64,000 bases of DNA from Eledone cirrhosa (taxonomy: Eukaryota), in assembly GCA_964016885.1 (NCBI GenBank), contig OZ024740.1:219604001-219668000 (forward strand), written 5' to 3'. Shown here in pieces: positions 1 through 12,255 of the stretch. Numbering within the stretch: the first letter of the stretch is position 1; every line of letters begins with the position of its first letter. The notes under the pieces were generated by a model, which saw only the letters and a list, made by a program, of their open reading frames with translations, was not told where the DNA came from and did not search any database. Made by a program: the position numbers and the translations under genes.

Positions 1-535
1 ATATTCTTCTTCTCAGGGTGGTCCTCCTCTGTTGTTGAGTATCTCTCGTCCTGACTATGAGGTCACTAACTATGAGGTCACTAACTATGAGGCTATGTTG
101 GGAGGTGTATTCTTCATTGGGGAGGGATTTAGTGTTTACAACCGACACTTTGTCACGTCTACTGGTAAGGATATAATCTATCTGACTGGTGTGTTCCCCT
201 GATCTATGGGTGATCAAGTGATTGTCTTGTTTTTTGAAGTTTGTGTTGCAGATAGTTAGGTTATTTGCGTCACAGAATTCCAGAATTCTGAAGCCCTCCT
301 CATTTCTGGTACCAAACCCGTAGCTTCCATGGATTCCGTCATAGCCGTCACAATGTTGTCCAACATGACCATTTAGGTCGCCAACAATAATTATGTAGTC
401 ACTGCCAGTTAGCTGGGAGCTAGTGAGCATTAGCGACTCATAGAATCTGTCTTTTATAACTCCAAGCAGTCCAGATTGGGGTGCATAAGCGGATATTATT
501 GTCACAGTAGTTCTATTTAGGACAAGTCTTATTCA
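1..535 (-). mobile_element. RTE-clade LINE fragment, AP endonuclease domain
   Basis: Minus-strand translation gives IISAYAPQSG, IIVGDLNGHVG, YGFGTRNEEG, NTNFKK, SQIDYIL; runs off the window start. Confidence 0.85.
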
Positions 536-1274
536 TGTTAAATATTCAGAATTTATAGGTGGTTGCGTTAGCATTGTTCATCTCTTAACATCCTGTAATG
601 ATTTAAGAGAAAATGTCTAAAAACAAATTTGTTATTTTAAATATTTATAGTATCTTAAACTTATGAACAGATTGTTGTGAAAATTTGCAGTAAACTAAAG
701 GCTTTAATTTTTAATATGCTTCTGTCATAATGCTATTTTGTACTTTTCAAAAATGTCTTGCAAATGTACGTGGTTTCATATAGTACAGGACATTAAGAGT
801 TAGATTTATGCATACACACACATTTACACACATACATATATAGACATACACAAATGGTCACATATACATATATATACATGCACACATGGTCATACATATA
901 TATATATACACACATGTAGACATGGTCACATGTACATATACACAAATAGTGTAAATTAACAAAATGACAGTTTGTTTTTTCATGCTGACATGGGTTGGCT
1001 AGATCAGAGTAAATTTTATCTTGTATCAACACTAGTGAGGCTTTCTGTGGCAAGACTAATGAGTCCTCTCTATGGGAAATATAGGAATATATATATAGAG
1101 AGAATTAGTATATTTACCAACATATGCGTACATATGTACACTAATGCTAGCAAATACATAAGTTATGTCATAGTACCTAGGTGGTTCTATGCAGGGGATG
1201 CAGAACAATTATATGAAAGACGTAAAATAAGAAAATTTTAAAAATTAAAAATTAACTTACTTACTAAAATTTTC

Positions 1275-1356
1275 ACTCCAACTAATTAGTTTCTGTAATG
1301 GGATAAATATAGTTACGCAATGTAACTATCGAGAATTCATTACGTCATCAGGGAGT
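1275..1356 (-). ncRNA. Inverted copy of the hammerhead at 1480-1561
   Basis: Reverse complement copy in the left arm of the palindrome. Confidence 0.8.
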
Positions 1357-1479
1357 CTATTCTCAGCTAAGTCCCCAGGCAATGCGCGGACACAAGGAAC
1401 TCATACAAAAATAATCCACCGAATTATTATTTTTGTATGAGTTCCTAGTGTCCGCGCATTGCCTGGGGACTGAGAATAG

Positions 1480-1561
1480 ACTCCCTGATGACGTAATGAA
1501 TTCTCGATAGTTACATTGCGTAACTATATTTATCCCATTACAGAAACTAATTAGTTGGAGT
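1480..1561 (+). ncRNA. Type I hammerhead ribozyme with extended stem II
   Basis: Stem I actcc/ggagt; CTGATGA 1485-1491; stem II gtaatg...cattac enclosing hairpin atagttac/gtaactat; GAAA 1543-1546; palindromic stem III AACTAATTAGTT; GUU cleavage triplet. Confidence 0.8.
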
Positions 1562-1792
1562 GAAAATTTTAGTAAGTAAGTTAATTTTTAATTTTTAAAA
1601 TTTTCTTATTTTACGTCTTTCATAGAATATATATATATTTATATTTATATATATAATGTCTATTCTTATACAAAAACTACATAATTTGACGGCTGCAGTT
1701 TGAAAAGGTCCATCTCCCCCATACTCATATTTAGAGCGGGTTAGAGGTTGGGAAATTTATATGCCTTCAGATGAAATTTTGTTTATAGCTTG

Positions 1793-1891
1793 ATTAACAA
1801 GTCTGATGAGCAGATTGATCCAAAAGTTGGGTCTATAACACAAATATTGACCTTGAGCCATCATTTGTGAAACGTACATAATTGGTCAATA
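1793..1891 (+). ncRNA. Degenerate type I hammerhead with large domain II
   Basis: CTGATGA 1803-1809; stem II gcagattgat/atcatttgt; GAAA 1869-1872; CGTACATA stem III (one mismatch); imperfect stem I attaacaagt/attggtcaat. Confidence 0.55.
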
Positions 1892-2018
1892 ACCAATAAA
1901 CACATTCATGTGAAACTTTATCTTATATTTAATTTATACATTCTACCTTAACACTGAGGGCTAATATTGGTACCACCAAATTTACTGAAATTATTGAATA
2001 GACTATATATATATATAG

Positions 2019-2280
2019 TGGAACGAGTGGCCTAATGGTAAGGGTGTTGGACATACAATCATAATGTCGTCGGTTCAATCCCTGGGCTCAGTTGTGTATT
2101 GTGTTCTTGAGCAAAACACTTCATTTCACATTGCTCCAGTATACTCAGCTGGAAATGAGTACCAGCAATAGCTGGAGGGTTAACTGGCATCCTATCCAGG
2201 GGGAGTCTTGTATTCTCAGTCGCTTCATGCCATGAAACCGGGATAAGCACCGGCCTAACGAACCTTATATGGCTTTAGAC
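2019..2280 (+). mobile_element. tRNA-derived SINE with V-SINE-like conserved body
   Basis: A box TGGCCTAATGG, B box GGTTCAATCCC; body catcctatccaggggga...gtcgcttcatgcc..gaaaccgggataagc resembles conserved metazoan SINE domains (from recall). Confidence 0.7.
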
Positions 2281-2294
2281 ATTATATATATGTA

Positions 2295-2744
2295 CAAAGG
2301 GGCTTCAAAAGGTTTGTGGAAAAATTACATAGCTAAAATTCATATGCAGGGATTTTGATCTCAATACGCCAGCTGGAAGTTAGTACCCACTCAAGCAACA
2401 TGGTCTCCATCAAAACATCAAATTCATGGTGAGGCTAGAGTGGAAGAGCAGCCAAATCATTGACATTCTGGAGCATGGGATAAGGACCCAAAGAAATCAA
2501 TAACCTACAAATGGATAAGTCGTTTTAGAAGTAGAAGAGATGAGGTTGAAGATGTAAAAAAAACTGCTTTGACATGGTTTAAATCACATAGCCCTCAGTT
2601 TTACACACATAAACTTAAAAGGTGGTATTAACACTTGCAGAAGTGTATTCACCTTGATGGAGCATATGTTGAAAAATAAACATCATAGCTTAAACCGTAT
2701 TTGTCAAATTTTCCTTTTTCCACGAAGTTTTTGATGCACCCTCG
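2295..2744 (+). mobile_element. Internally deleted mariner transposon
   Basis: TA flanks; imperfect TIRs of about 30 bp (caaaggggcttcaaaaggtttgtggaaaaa / tttttccacgaagtttttgatgcaccctcg); transposase remnants YKWISRFRSRRDEVED and QKCIHLDGAYVEK*. Confidence 0.85.
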
Positions 2745-2848
2745 TATATATATATATGTTGGAGATGCAGGACATGGCAGCGATAATGAGGGACAGAGAC
2801 CGCTGGAGAGAACTCATCCATGGATCTCGGGAATTTTACCCGCCTTAG

Positions 2849-2882
<34 letters not shown>

Positions 2883-2955
2883 GGGGAGAGAGAGAGCTTC
2901 TACTGAACTAGAACTGTTTCATTTGTATGAAATCATCAGAAATGTCCTAATTTTT

Positions 2956-3302
2956 ATCATCATCATCATCATCATTTCATTTTATGTCCACTTTTCCCTG
3001 CTTGCAAGGGTGAGACGGGAACTGATTCTGGCTTGATTTCTACAGCTGGATGCCCTTCCTAACACCAACCTCATTTACAGTGAGTGCTGGGTGTTTTTTT
3101 GCCGTGGCACCTCCACGACCACTTTGCAGTGGAATGATAGGGACCCCAGTCCCTATCATCTCATTTCTACAGCTGAGTAAACTGGAGCAATGTGAAATAA
3201 AGTGTCTTGCTCAAGGAAACATCACATCACCCGGTCTGAGAATTGAACTCACAACCTTTCGATTGCAAGGCCAATGCTCTAACCACTGAGCCATGTGCCT
3301 CC
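2956..3302 (-). mobile_element. tRNA-derived SINE family A (RTE-type 3' tail)
   Basis: Near-identical to 28418-28765; tRNA head and (CAT)n tail. Confidence 0.88.
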
Positions 3303-3704
3303 TTTTATATAGATAATAAATCTGCCTATGCGCTACTAATATAATGGATATTTGTTTTAACCGTGGTTACCTCCGACACAACTTGGGAATATACATATAT
3401 TCATATTTATATATATATAATGTCTATTCATATACAGCAACTGCATAATTTGATGGCTGCAGCGTGAAAAAGTCCGTCTCCTCCATACTCGTATTTAGAA
3501 CAGGTTAGGGGTTGGGAAATATGGATGACGTCTGAGGTAGATTATGGAGGATGTCTTAGTTCTAATATAGACATTTAGTTCATGTTTTGTTTATTGTTGC
3601 CTTTGTCTTCTGAGTGTATTATTTACATATAGGGCATTCGATGATTGCTTTGCCTTTGCTCTGGGTGTGTCTGTGTTCAGATTTGTGTGTTTGCATATCA
3701 GAAA

Positions 3705-3965
3705 ACAGCACAGCTCCCATGACTTTTGGAAACATTTTTTCACACTCGGAGTTGCTAAAGCATAGAACAAACTACCTGCATTAGTTGTTAGCTGCCGAGA
3801 CACTGCATCCTTCAAAACTTCCATGTTTCCCGAAATTTGCCAACATTACACCTGATACTCCCCCTCCATACACATGCATGCATGTATCTGTGTGCATATC
3901 ATGACTCATACACAGTTCACTTTCCTGACATTTATACAATATTCTATGTATTATACATGCACCTT
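3705..3965 (+). mobile_element. CR1/L2-type LINE 3' fragment
   Basis: Homologous to 18692-19078 (KHFFTLxVAxAWNKLPA-like end). Confidence 0.7.
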
Positions 3966-4039
3966 TTTTGCCGTGGCACCTCCCCAGTCCCTATCATCTC
4001 ATTTCTACAGCTGAGTAAACTGGAGCAATGTGAAATATA

Positions 4040-4381
4040 TCATCATCATCATCATCATCATTTTACGTCCGCTTTTCCCTGCTTGCAAGGTGGGACGGGA
4101 ACTGATTTTGGCTTGATTTCTACAGCTGGATGCCCTTCCTAACACCAACCTCATTTACAGTGAGTGCTGGGTGCTTTTTTTCCGTGGCGCCTACACGACC
4201 ACTTTGCAGTGGAATGATAAGGACCCCAGTCCCTATCATCTCATTTCTACAGCTGAGTAAACTGGAGCAATGTGAAATAAAGTGTCTTGCTCAAGGAAAC
4301 AACACATCACCCGGTCTGAGAATTGAACTCACAACCTTTTGATTGCAAGGCCAATGCTCTAACCACTAAGCCGTGTGCCTC
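4040..4381 (-). mobile_element. tRNA-derived SINE family A
   Basis: Same sequence as the other family A copies; preceded by a partial duplicate at about 3965-4037. Confidence 0.88.
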
Positions 4382-4384
4382 TAT

Positions 4385-4440
<56 letters not shown>

Positions 4441-4443
<3 letters not shown>

Positions 4444-5537
4444 TCATCATCATCATCACCGTTTTACGTCCGTTCTTCCACGCTAGCATGGGTTAGACGG
4501 GTTGTCCTGTTGTGGGCAGTGTCTGGTCGGCTGACCATGCCTTGCTCATACAGGAACTGATCTGGCTTGATTTCTACAGCTGGATGCCCTTCCTAACACC
4601 AACCTCATTTACAGTGAGTGCTGGGTGCTTTTTCGTGGCGCCTACACGTCCACTTTACAGTGTGGGCTGGGTGCTTTTTTGCCGTGGCACCTCCACGACC
4701 ACCTTGCGGTGGGGGGGGGGGGGCATATTGTTTATATGCTTCAGCATGTACCCATGGGAGGTCGGGTACCCTGTATTACTGCGTGACGCCAGAAGTCACG
4801 GTCGTGTGTCATTGACTTTGAGAGGTGTAGTTGGGTAAGGTCGGCTTTTATCACCTCATCCCAAGTCATCTTGGGTCTCCCCACTCCGCGGTTTCCATCA
4901 ACTTCTAGTGCTCTGCACCTTTTTATGCAGCTGTCATCCTTCATACGCATCACATGTCCATACCAGCGTAACCGCCTCTCCTGCACGCAGCATTTGATTC
5001 CTCTTATGCTCAGTCTCTCTCTCAATTTATTTATGCTTTGTCGTTCACGTATATTACTGTTACACATCCATCGGAGCATGCAGGCTTCGTTTCTCTCTAA
5101 TCTACGTAAGTCTTCCACCTTCAGCGCCCAGGTCTCACTACCATGCAACATCGCTGTTCGGATACACGCATCATACAGTCTGCCTTTCATTCTGAGGGAG
5201 AAGCCTTTTGCAGCTAGCAGTGGTAGTAGTTCCCTAAACTTCTTCCATCCCGTTCTTACCCTAGTTATTGTACTTTCTGAGCACCCACCTCCGTTGCTAA
5301 TTCGGTCACCTAGGTAGCAGAAGCTGTCTACTGTTTCTACAGGGCCCTCCCAGAGATTGGTGGTACTTGTTTCCTGTGGCTGTTTGCTTGCTGTTTCAGC
5401 ACAGCTGCTGCATGTGAATCCTACATTCTTAATTAAGCTTCCTGAGATCCCGCTACATCTCTTGTGTACCCATTGTTTGCATTTGGGGCAAAGAATGGAG
5501 TTCCTACCTACACCTTTCCTACATACTGAGCAAGGCC
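4441..5537 (-). mobile_element. 5'-truncated RTE LINE (ORF C-terminus, 3' UTR, (GAT)n tail)
   Basis: ORF 4741-5190 with KGRLYDACIRTAMLHGSETW and ERRLRWYGHV; upstream Cys-rich CSVCRKGVGRNSILCPKCKQWVHKRC and FCYLGD. Confidence 0.9.
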
Positions 5538-5697
5538 ATATATATATATGTGAGAACAGACCTCAGATCATTGAAGCTCACGGCGGAGATGACGAGGGAC
5601 CGTGACGAGTGGAGAGATGCTGTGCTGAATAAGACCCGTCCCACCCTTGCAAGCAGGGAAAAGCGGACGTAAAATGATGATGATATATATATATATA

Positions 5698-6238
<541 letters not shown>

Positions 6239-6241
6239 GTG

Positions 6242-6304
<63 letters not shown>

Positions 6305-6534
6305 ATATGCAAACACATTGAAAAAGTGGTGAATGCTAAAGTAAAGAATAATCGTATATTTTTATTATGTTACTGAGAATACTCTGTTGAAACTCTGGGT
6401 TTTACTGATTTCTTCTGATCATGCTACTGGAATTTTTTAAATTGAGTAATACCAGAACATATTCTCAGTAATATCTACTAATATAACAGCCATGTGTATT
6501 TGTCCATAACACAGTAGAGATTACTGGGGAAGGA

Positions 6535-6625
6535 AGGGATGATGATGTCGACTGAGGAAGGAAGGGTGATAACGTCGACTGAGGAAGGAAGGGGTGATTA
6601 TGTCGACTGAGGAAGGAGGGGGTGA
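6535..6625. repeat. Three tandem units of about 27 bp (gtcgactgaggaaggaagggtgat)
   Basis: Directly visible tandem repeat. Confidence 0.8.
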
Positions 6626-7026
6626 GAAACTATAGAAGTCCAGCGTTCTAAGATTCGTCACAGCTGTGTGTTTGTATCACTTGTGTGAGTGAGCATGAAG
6701 GAACCAACACACTAACCAACAAACAAACATCTCTTTTTTCATATTATGTATAGATATTACAATTAGACATAATTTTTGATGGCACAGGGTGAGCTAGTAA
6801 TATAATTATATATATATATATTTATTAAAATAACAGATTAAAGTTTAAGCAAAGAATCGCTGCTTTCACCCATAACAGGATCTTCTGAAACTAAAAAAAT
6901 CAATCTGTGAACGCAGAAGTAAATATTTCGAAAAACATTGCAACCGAAGGAAGACAGGAAGATGATACTTTGGTTCGTGGAGACGTTCCTGGAAAAGAAT
7001 GGAAAAAACGAAGATAATACATCATT

Positions 7027-7210
7027 GTGGATTGGCAGTATTGGTAGAGGGTCGGACACCATGCTTTCCAGCATAGTTACGTCCCTTTACGATCTGAGTT
7101 CAAATCCCGCCGAGGTTGACTTGCCTTTCATCCTTACGGGGTCGATAAAATAAAGTACCAGTAATGCACTGGGTAATTGCTGGCCTTGTGCCTAAAGTAG
7201 AAACAATTAT
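7027..7210 (+). mobile_element. tRNA-derived SINE family B (Meta/Sauria-like central domain)
   Basis: Near-identical to 58861-59052. Confidence 0.85.
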
Positions 7211-7417
7211 TTGGAGCAGCGATTCTTTGCTTAAACTTTATTTTAATAAATATTTGATATATATTTATCCTTATCGAGCCCTCTTTGGATTTTAGTCTTC
7301 AAATTTATTATTATTACTATATATATATATGTATAATAGAGAGAGATAGTCTGCCATGATTAGTGGGAGAGCACTGATCATGGCAGTACTCAATGCATGA
7401 GGTGATGCAGAGTGGGT

Positions 7418-7594
7418 AGAGGGATAGGTAAATTCCTGACTGCAACGCCAAGCAGTTTCAGCTTGCATGGTCAGTAAGCCTTTTCATGGGTGTAGTAATA
7501 TTTGCTACAAATATTGCTACACCCTTAAAAAAAATTTCTGAACACACAAGCTGAAACTGCTTGGCGCTGCAGTCAGGAATTTACTTATCTCTCT
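7418..7594. repeat. Fold-back palindrome with decayed hammerhead-like core
   Basis: Arms gataggtaaattcctgactgca... / ...tgcagtcaggaatttacttatc about a centre at 7501-7511; GAAA ctgc...gcag TC on the right arm. Confidence 0.7.
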
Positions 7595-7605
7595 CTATAT
7601 ATATA

Positions 7606-7678
<73 letters not shown>

Positions 7679-7763
7679 GACAGCAAAGTTAAATGTGTAT
7701 TTTAATCATTAAATATATTGTAAATATTGTAAAATATTTGTATGTGTGTGTGCTGTATATATA

Positions 7764-7794
<31 letters not shown>

Positions 7795-7812
7795 TACAAA
7801 TATTTTACAATA

Positions 7813-8299
7813 TCTATATATATGAAACTGAGGATGTCTGTCTGTGTGTGCGTGAGTTTGAATCCCTAAAACTCGAGAAACACCCAACCGACTCTTTTCA
7901 AACTTTACACATGTAATACTTATGTTTGAGGGAGTGTTCTGAGCAAAAAAATTCAAATTTTTAATGCCCTAGGGACCGCATTAGGCGATTTAGCGATCTC
8001 TCTCTATAATTCATAGTCTTTCTCTTTTTAGATACATACATATAACGTCGCGCCCTTATAATATCTGTCTGTATGTCTGACTGTCTGCATTGCGTCACTC
8101 CCCTGAGGATGTCTGTCTGCGTGTGTATCTGTGAGTTTGAATCCCCAAAACTCGAGAACTACCCAACCGATTCTTTTCAAACTTTACATGTGTATTACTT
8201 ATGTTTCAGGGAGTGTTATGCACGATATAATTAATTAATAATTATTAATAATGGTATATCGCGCAATGGCCATACTTGATAACGAGGGGGCAGCCATCA

Positions 8300-8337
<38 letters not shown>

Positions 8338-8383
8338 GGAATACTGTTGGCTTCTTGCTACAATACTTTCTATACCTTTCATT

Positions 8384-8423
<40 letters not shown>

Positions 8424-9180
8424 TTTCTGTGTATGAGTGTATATGGTTGATGCGATTATATATATGTGTATGAGTGTATATGGCTGTACATATAGATGCC
8501 TGCATGTGGTTTTATTTACGCGTCTATATATTTATATTTGTATGTATGTATATATATATTTTCCGTTATAAGATGTTATTTTAACTCACCCTCACTTCCA
8601 CTGTTAATAGATATCAATTTTAAAATTTATATCCAAAACAATTATTTTATGTAATGAACGGCCTGGACGTTTCTGTAAAAATCGTCAAGTTTCTTGAAAC
8701 ATTTGGTAATGGAATAACTATATAGGGCCAGCATTAGGTGAAAAACTGCGTTTTTTAAGCTTTTTAAGGTTTTTTTGAGGCGTTACGTCAGACCGATTTC
8801 CTTGAAATTGTAACTATATATTAATCAGTCTCTTCTTCATACCGTGAGCAAAGAAAATCTAACTTTTATTAATGGCCTAGGGCCCACATTAGGTGAAAAA
8901 CTTCATTTTTTCAGCTTCTTAGGGCTTTTTGGAGGCGTTACGTCTAGCCGATTTTCCCGAAATTTCAAGGCATATTATGCACATAAAAAAATTCATTTTC
9001 TTGATCCCCTAGGGCCCGCATTAGGTGAAAACCTGCATCTTAAAGATTATCCAGCCATCAGAGTATTCTGTTTATTTTCTTTACATATTGTCCTGGCATG
9101 CAGTTTCTCCACGATTAGATCTGTTGGCGGCCCGCGTTCCAAAATACCTTATCCCATGCAACGCCGGGTACCATTGCTAG
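7813..9180 (+). mobile_element. Non-autonomous Helitron (HINE/DINE-like)
   Basis: Starts TC after A, ends CTAG before T; subterminal hairpin cccatgcaacgccggg; gtctgtctg microsatellite near the 5' end; internal duplications (7828-7920 vs 8103-8218) and repeated gggcccrcattaggtgaaaa units. Confidence 0.72.
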
Positions 9181-9211
9181 TTTACAATATATTTAAAGAT
9201 TTTTTTTTTCC

Positions 9212-9584
9212 TTTTACGTCCGCTTTTTCCCTGCTTGCAAGGGTGAGACTTGTCCTGTTGTGGGCAGTGTCTGGTTGGCTGGCCTTCTCTTGCTCATACA
9301 GGAACTGATTCTGGCTTGATTTCTACAGCTGGATGCCCTTCCTAACACCAACCTCATTTACAGTGAGTGCTGGGTGCTTTTTTGCCGTGGCACCTCGTCG
9401 ACCACTTTGCAGTGGAATGATAGGGACCCCAGTCCTATCATCTCATTTCTACAGCTGAGTAAAATGGAGCAATGTGAAATGAAGTGTCTTGCTCAAAGAA
9501 ATAACACATCACCCGATCCGAGAATTGAACTCACAGCCTTTTGATTGGAAGCCCAATGCTCTAACCACTAAGCCATGTGCCTTC
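9212..9584 (-). mobile_element. tRNA-derived SINE family A
   Basis: Homologous to 28418-28765. Confidence 0.85.
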
Positions 9585-10275
9585 ATAAAATACACATTTA
9601 ACTCTGCTGTCATAGCATTGAGTACTACTATTACTTATATATCTATCCAATTGGTATGCCCTGTGTTTCTGTGTGCATGTGTGTTTGTCTGTGCATGTGT
9701 GTTTGTCTGTGCATGTATGTATGTGTGTGTGTACATATATGTCTGCATGTGCCTATGGATGTGTGTGTATATATATATATGTGTGTTTGTGTGTAAGTTT
9801 CATCTTCTGGATCATCAGGCTGCAGTAATTTTGTAGTGATCTATTTATAGGAAACAGATATTTCTTTGAAGAATGCATTGAGTCATAATTTAACTGAGGG
9901 GAACTAATTTTTTGCATTATTCTCTAGCCTAGTGGTGTGGCTACACTTTCTTTGTTTTATTAGTGGGTTGATGTGACTATGTCCACGGGTAAGAAGTGGT
10001 TAGGTGAGGATTACATAGATAGTCTGACATGGGGATAGAGACACCAAACGACACAGAAAGTATGGCAGAACATTTAAATGAAATTCAGAGAAAACACTTT
10101 CTGTATATAAATCATAAAACATATGTTTTTGACTACTAATTATCAGGATAATTAATTTTTCTTTGACGATCTCTTTATTTGTGTTCAAAGACAGATGTGC
10201 AAATATGGGTGTGAATGTGTAGATGTGTGTGTGGGGTGGGGGGCGTGGAGGGTGTTACTGTCTGGTTGACTGTGG

Positions 10276-10313
<38 letters not shown>

Positions 10314-10933
10314 ATTATGGACCCGTTTGTGCACAGTGTGTATACTTGTGTGTTCATGTGTGTGTACATGTGAGTGTCCAATGTGTCTACACATATATGT
10401 AGATGTATGGGTGTTCATGTATGTGTACATGCGTGTGTACATATGTGACAATGTGCGTGTGTGTACTAGTGTGTACATATATGGGTACATGTATGTGTGT
10501 ACCCTGTGTGTACACAGTGTATGTACATGTGTTAATGTGTGTCCATATGTATGTGTATTCATATGTTGTTGTGTGTAAATATTCATCTTTGTGTATTTTT
10601 TATTGCTCTAGAGGTTGTCTGGTATATTTCTGTAGTAGTTTTATGTTTATGGCTTCAAGACAAGTCATGTGTTTTAGTTTAAATATAACTCACAGATATT
10701 GATGGACAATGGGTGGAGAATGGGGGGATATACAGGTACCTTAGAGGTAGAGATGTCAGTAGTAATAGAGACACATAGAGAAGGTCATATTAATAAACTG
10801 ATCATGTGCAAACAGACACACACACACATGAACATGCACAGATACACACACACATATATATATATATATTTATATTTATGGTTGAATGAAGACATTTATA
10901 GAAATTATGACAGAGATGTATGGGTATTTATAA

Positions 10934-11019
<86 letters not shown>

Positions 11020-11190
11020 ATATATACATATGTATGTACATATACATATATATATACATATATACATACACATATGTATGTACATATATATATATATATG
11101 TGTATACATATGTATGTACATATACGTATATGTATACATATGTATGTACATATATGTATATGTATATATACATAAACATATGTATGTACA

Positions 11191-11246
<56 letters not shown>

Positions 11247-11250
<4 letters not shown>

Positions 11251-11440
11251 AAGGAGCTTCTATAGGACTAGTACTGTTTCATTCAGATGAAATCTTCAGG
11301 AAGCTCCTGAAGATTTCATCTGAATGAAACAGTACTAGTCCTGTAGAAGCTCCTTCTATAAAATAAATTTTTTTTACTCTGCCATGTATTGAGTACCTTA
11401 CTTACTGTGGTTATCCCCGACTCAACCCGGGACCTACGTA
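11247..11440. mobile_element. Fold-back element in (AT)n with hammerhead-like core
   Basis: About 55 bp arms (11247-11360) containing CTGAAGA tttcatctgaat GAAA cagtactaGTC; related single arms at 2895-2945 and 12877-12930. Confidence 0.65.
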
Positions 11441-11574
11441 TATATATATATATATTGTTATACTTTGGGAGGGTCATGTTGCCAATAAGAAACACACGCA
11501 CCAGTTGCTTTCACTTCAATTTATTATAAATTTCTGGTTGGTTGGTTCCACAACCAGACGATTGTTCGTATATT

Positions 11575-11617
11575 GTCAAAGTTCTTTCGTCACACATTCT
11601 GTGACCTCTTCAGTGAC
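11575..11617 (-). ncRNA. Inverted copy of the hammerhead at 11719-11761
   Basis: Reverse complement copy in the left arm. Confidence 0.78.
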
Positions 11618-11718
11618 TGGTGATTCTTTTCTTTGTTTTTGTGCCTCTCCTTTGTTCCTTGTTTGATGGCGTAGGACAGAACAAAGGAAAGGCACAAAAA
11701 CAAAGAAAAGAATCCCCA

Positions 11719-11761
11719 GTCACTGAAGAGGTCACAGAATGTGTGACGAAAGAACTTTGAC
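11719..11761 (+). ncRNA. Minimal type I hammerhead ribozyme
   Basis: gtca CTGAAGA g gtcaca-gaatg-tgtgac GAAA gaac TT tgac. Confidence 0.78.
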
Positions 11762-11987
11762 AATATATAAACAATCATCTGGTTGTGGAACCAACCAACC
11801 AACCAGAAATTTATAAATTCCTAAATTTATAAATTTATTATAATAAATATAAATATAAATATATAATAAATATAAAAACTGGTGCGTGTGTTTCTTATTG
11901 GCAACATGACCCTCCCAAAGTATAACAATATCGGTTTCAACACACGTTTTCAGATAAAGAATCTTGCTAAACAAATTCAGAAACGAA

Positions 11988-12022
<35 letters not shown>

Positions 12023-12255
12023 AACATGTGCATGTACATATATGTATATATATAATTGTTTCTACTGTATATATATATATAATGTATGTACATTTGTGTG
12101 TGTATGTATATCATCATTATCATCTGATATATATATATATTAAAGAGTTAAACAAGATTCAATGAGTACATCAAAGAATGAGTTTTACAGTAGATTGGAA
12201 GCACTCTACAGAAAATAATTTTCCAGAGTTATTAATATTAAAATACAAATATTAC

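Larger units (their letters stand above)
1212..1624. repeat. About 200 bp-arm fold-back palindrome, Penelope pseudo-LTR-like, in an (AT)n context
   Basis: 1212-1414 is the near-perfect reverse complement of about 1425-1624 (one 5 nt indel, one mismatch seen); short loop near 1415-1424. Confidence 0.9.
11455..11985. mobile_element. Fold-back non-coding element in (AT)n (family H2, copy 2)
   Basis: Arms of about 200 bp around 11660-11680; (AT)n on both sides; fragments of the same family at about 22820-22885 and 28769-28840. Confidence 0.82.

Noticed and set aside
1806-1857. SECIS-like ATGA-12 nt-AAAA...TGAG
   Set aside because: The helix II partner strand does not pair in register; better explained as part of a hammerhead.
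3050-3289. Recurrent ORF MPFLTPTSFTVSAGCFF (several copies)
   Set aside because: Antisense reading of SINE A / RTE 3' UTR, not a gene family.
9928-9988. Candidate small exon ending at CGG|GTAAGA
   Set aside because: Possible lengths (25, 56, 61 nt) do not preserve frame and the peptide does not resemble inversin.
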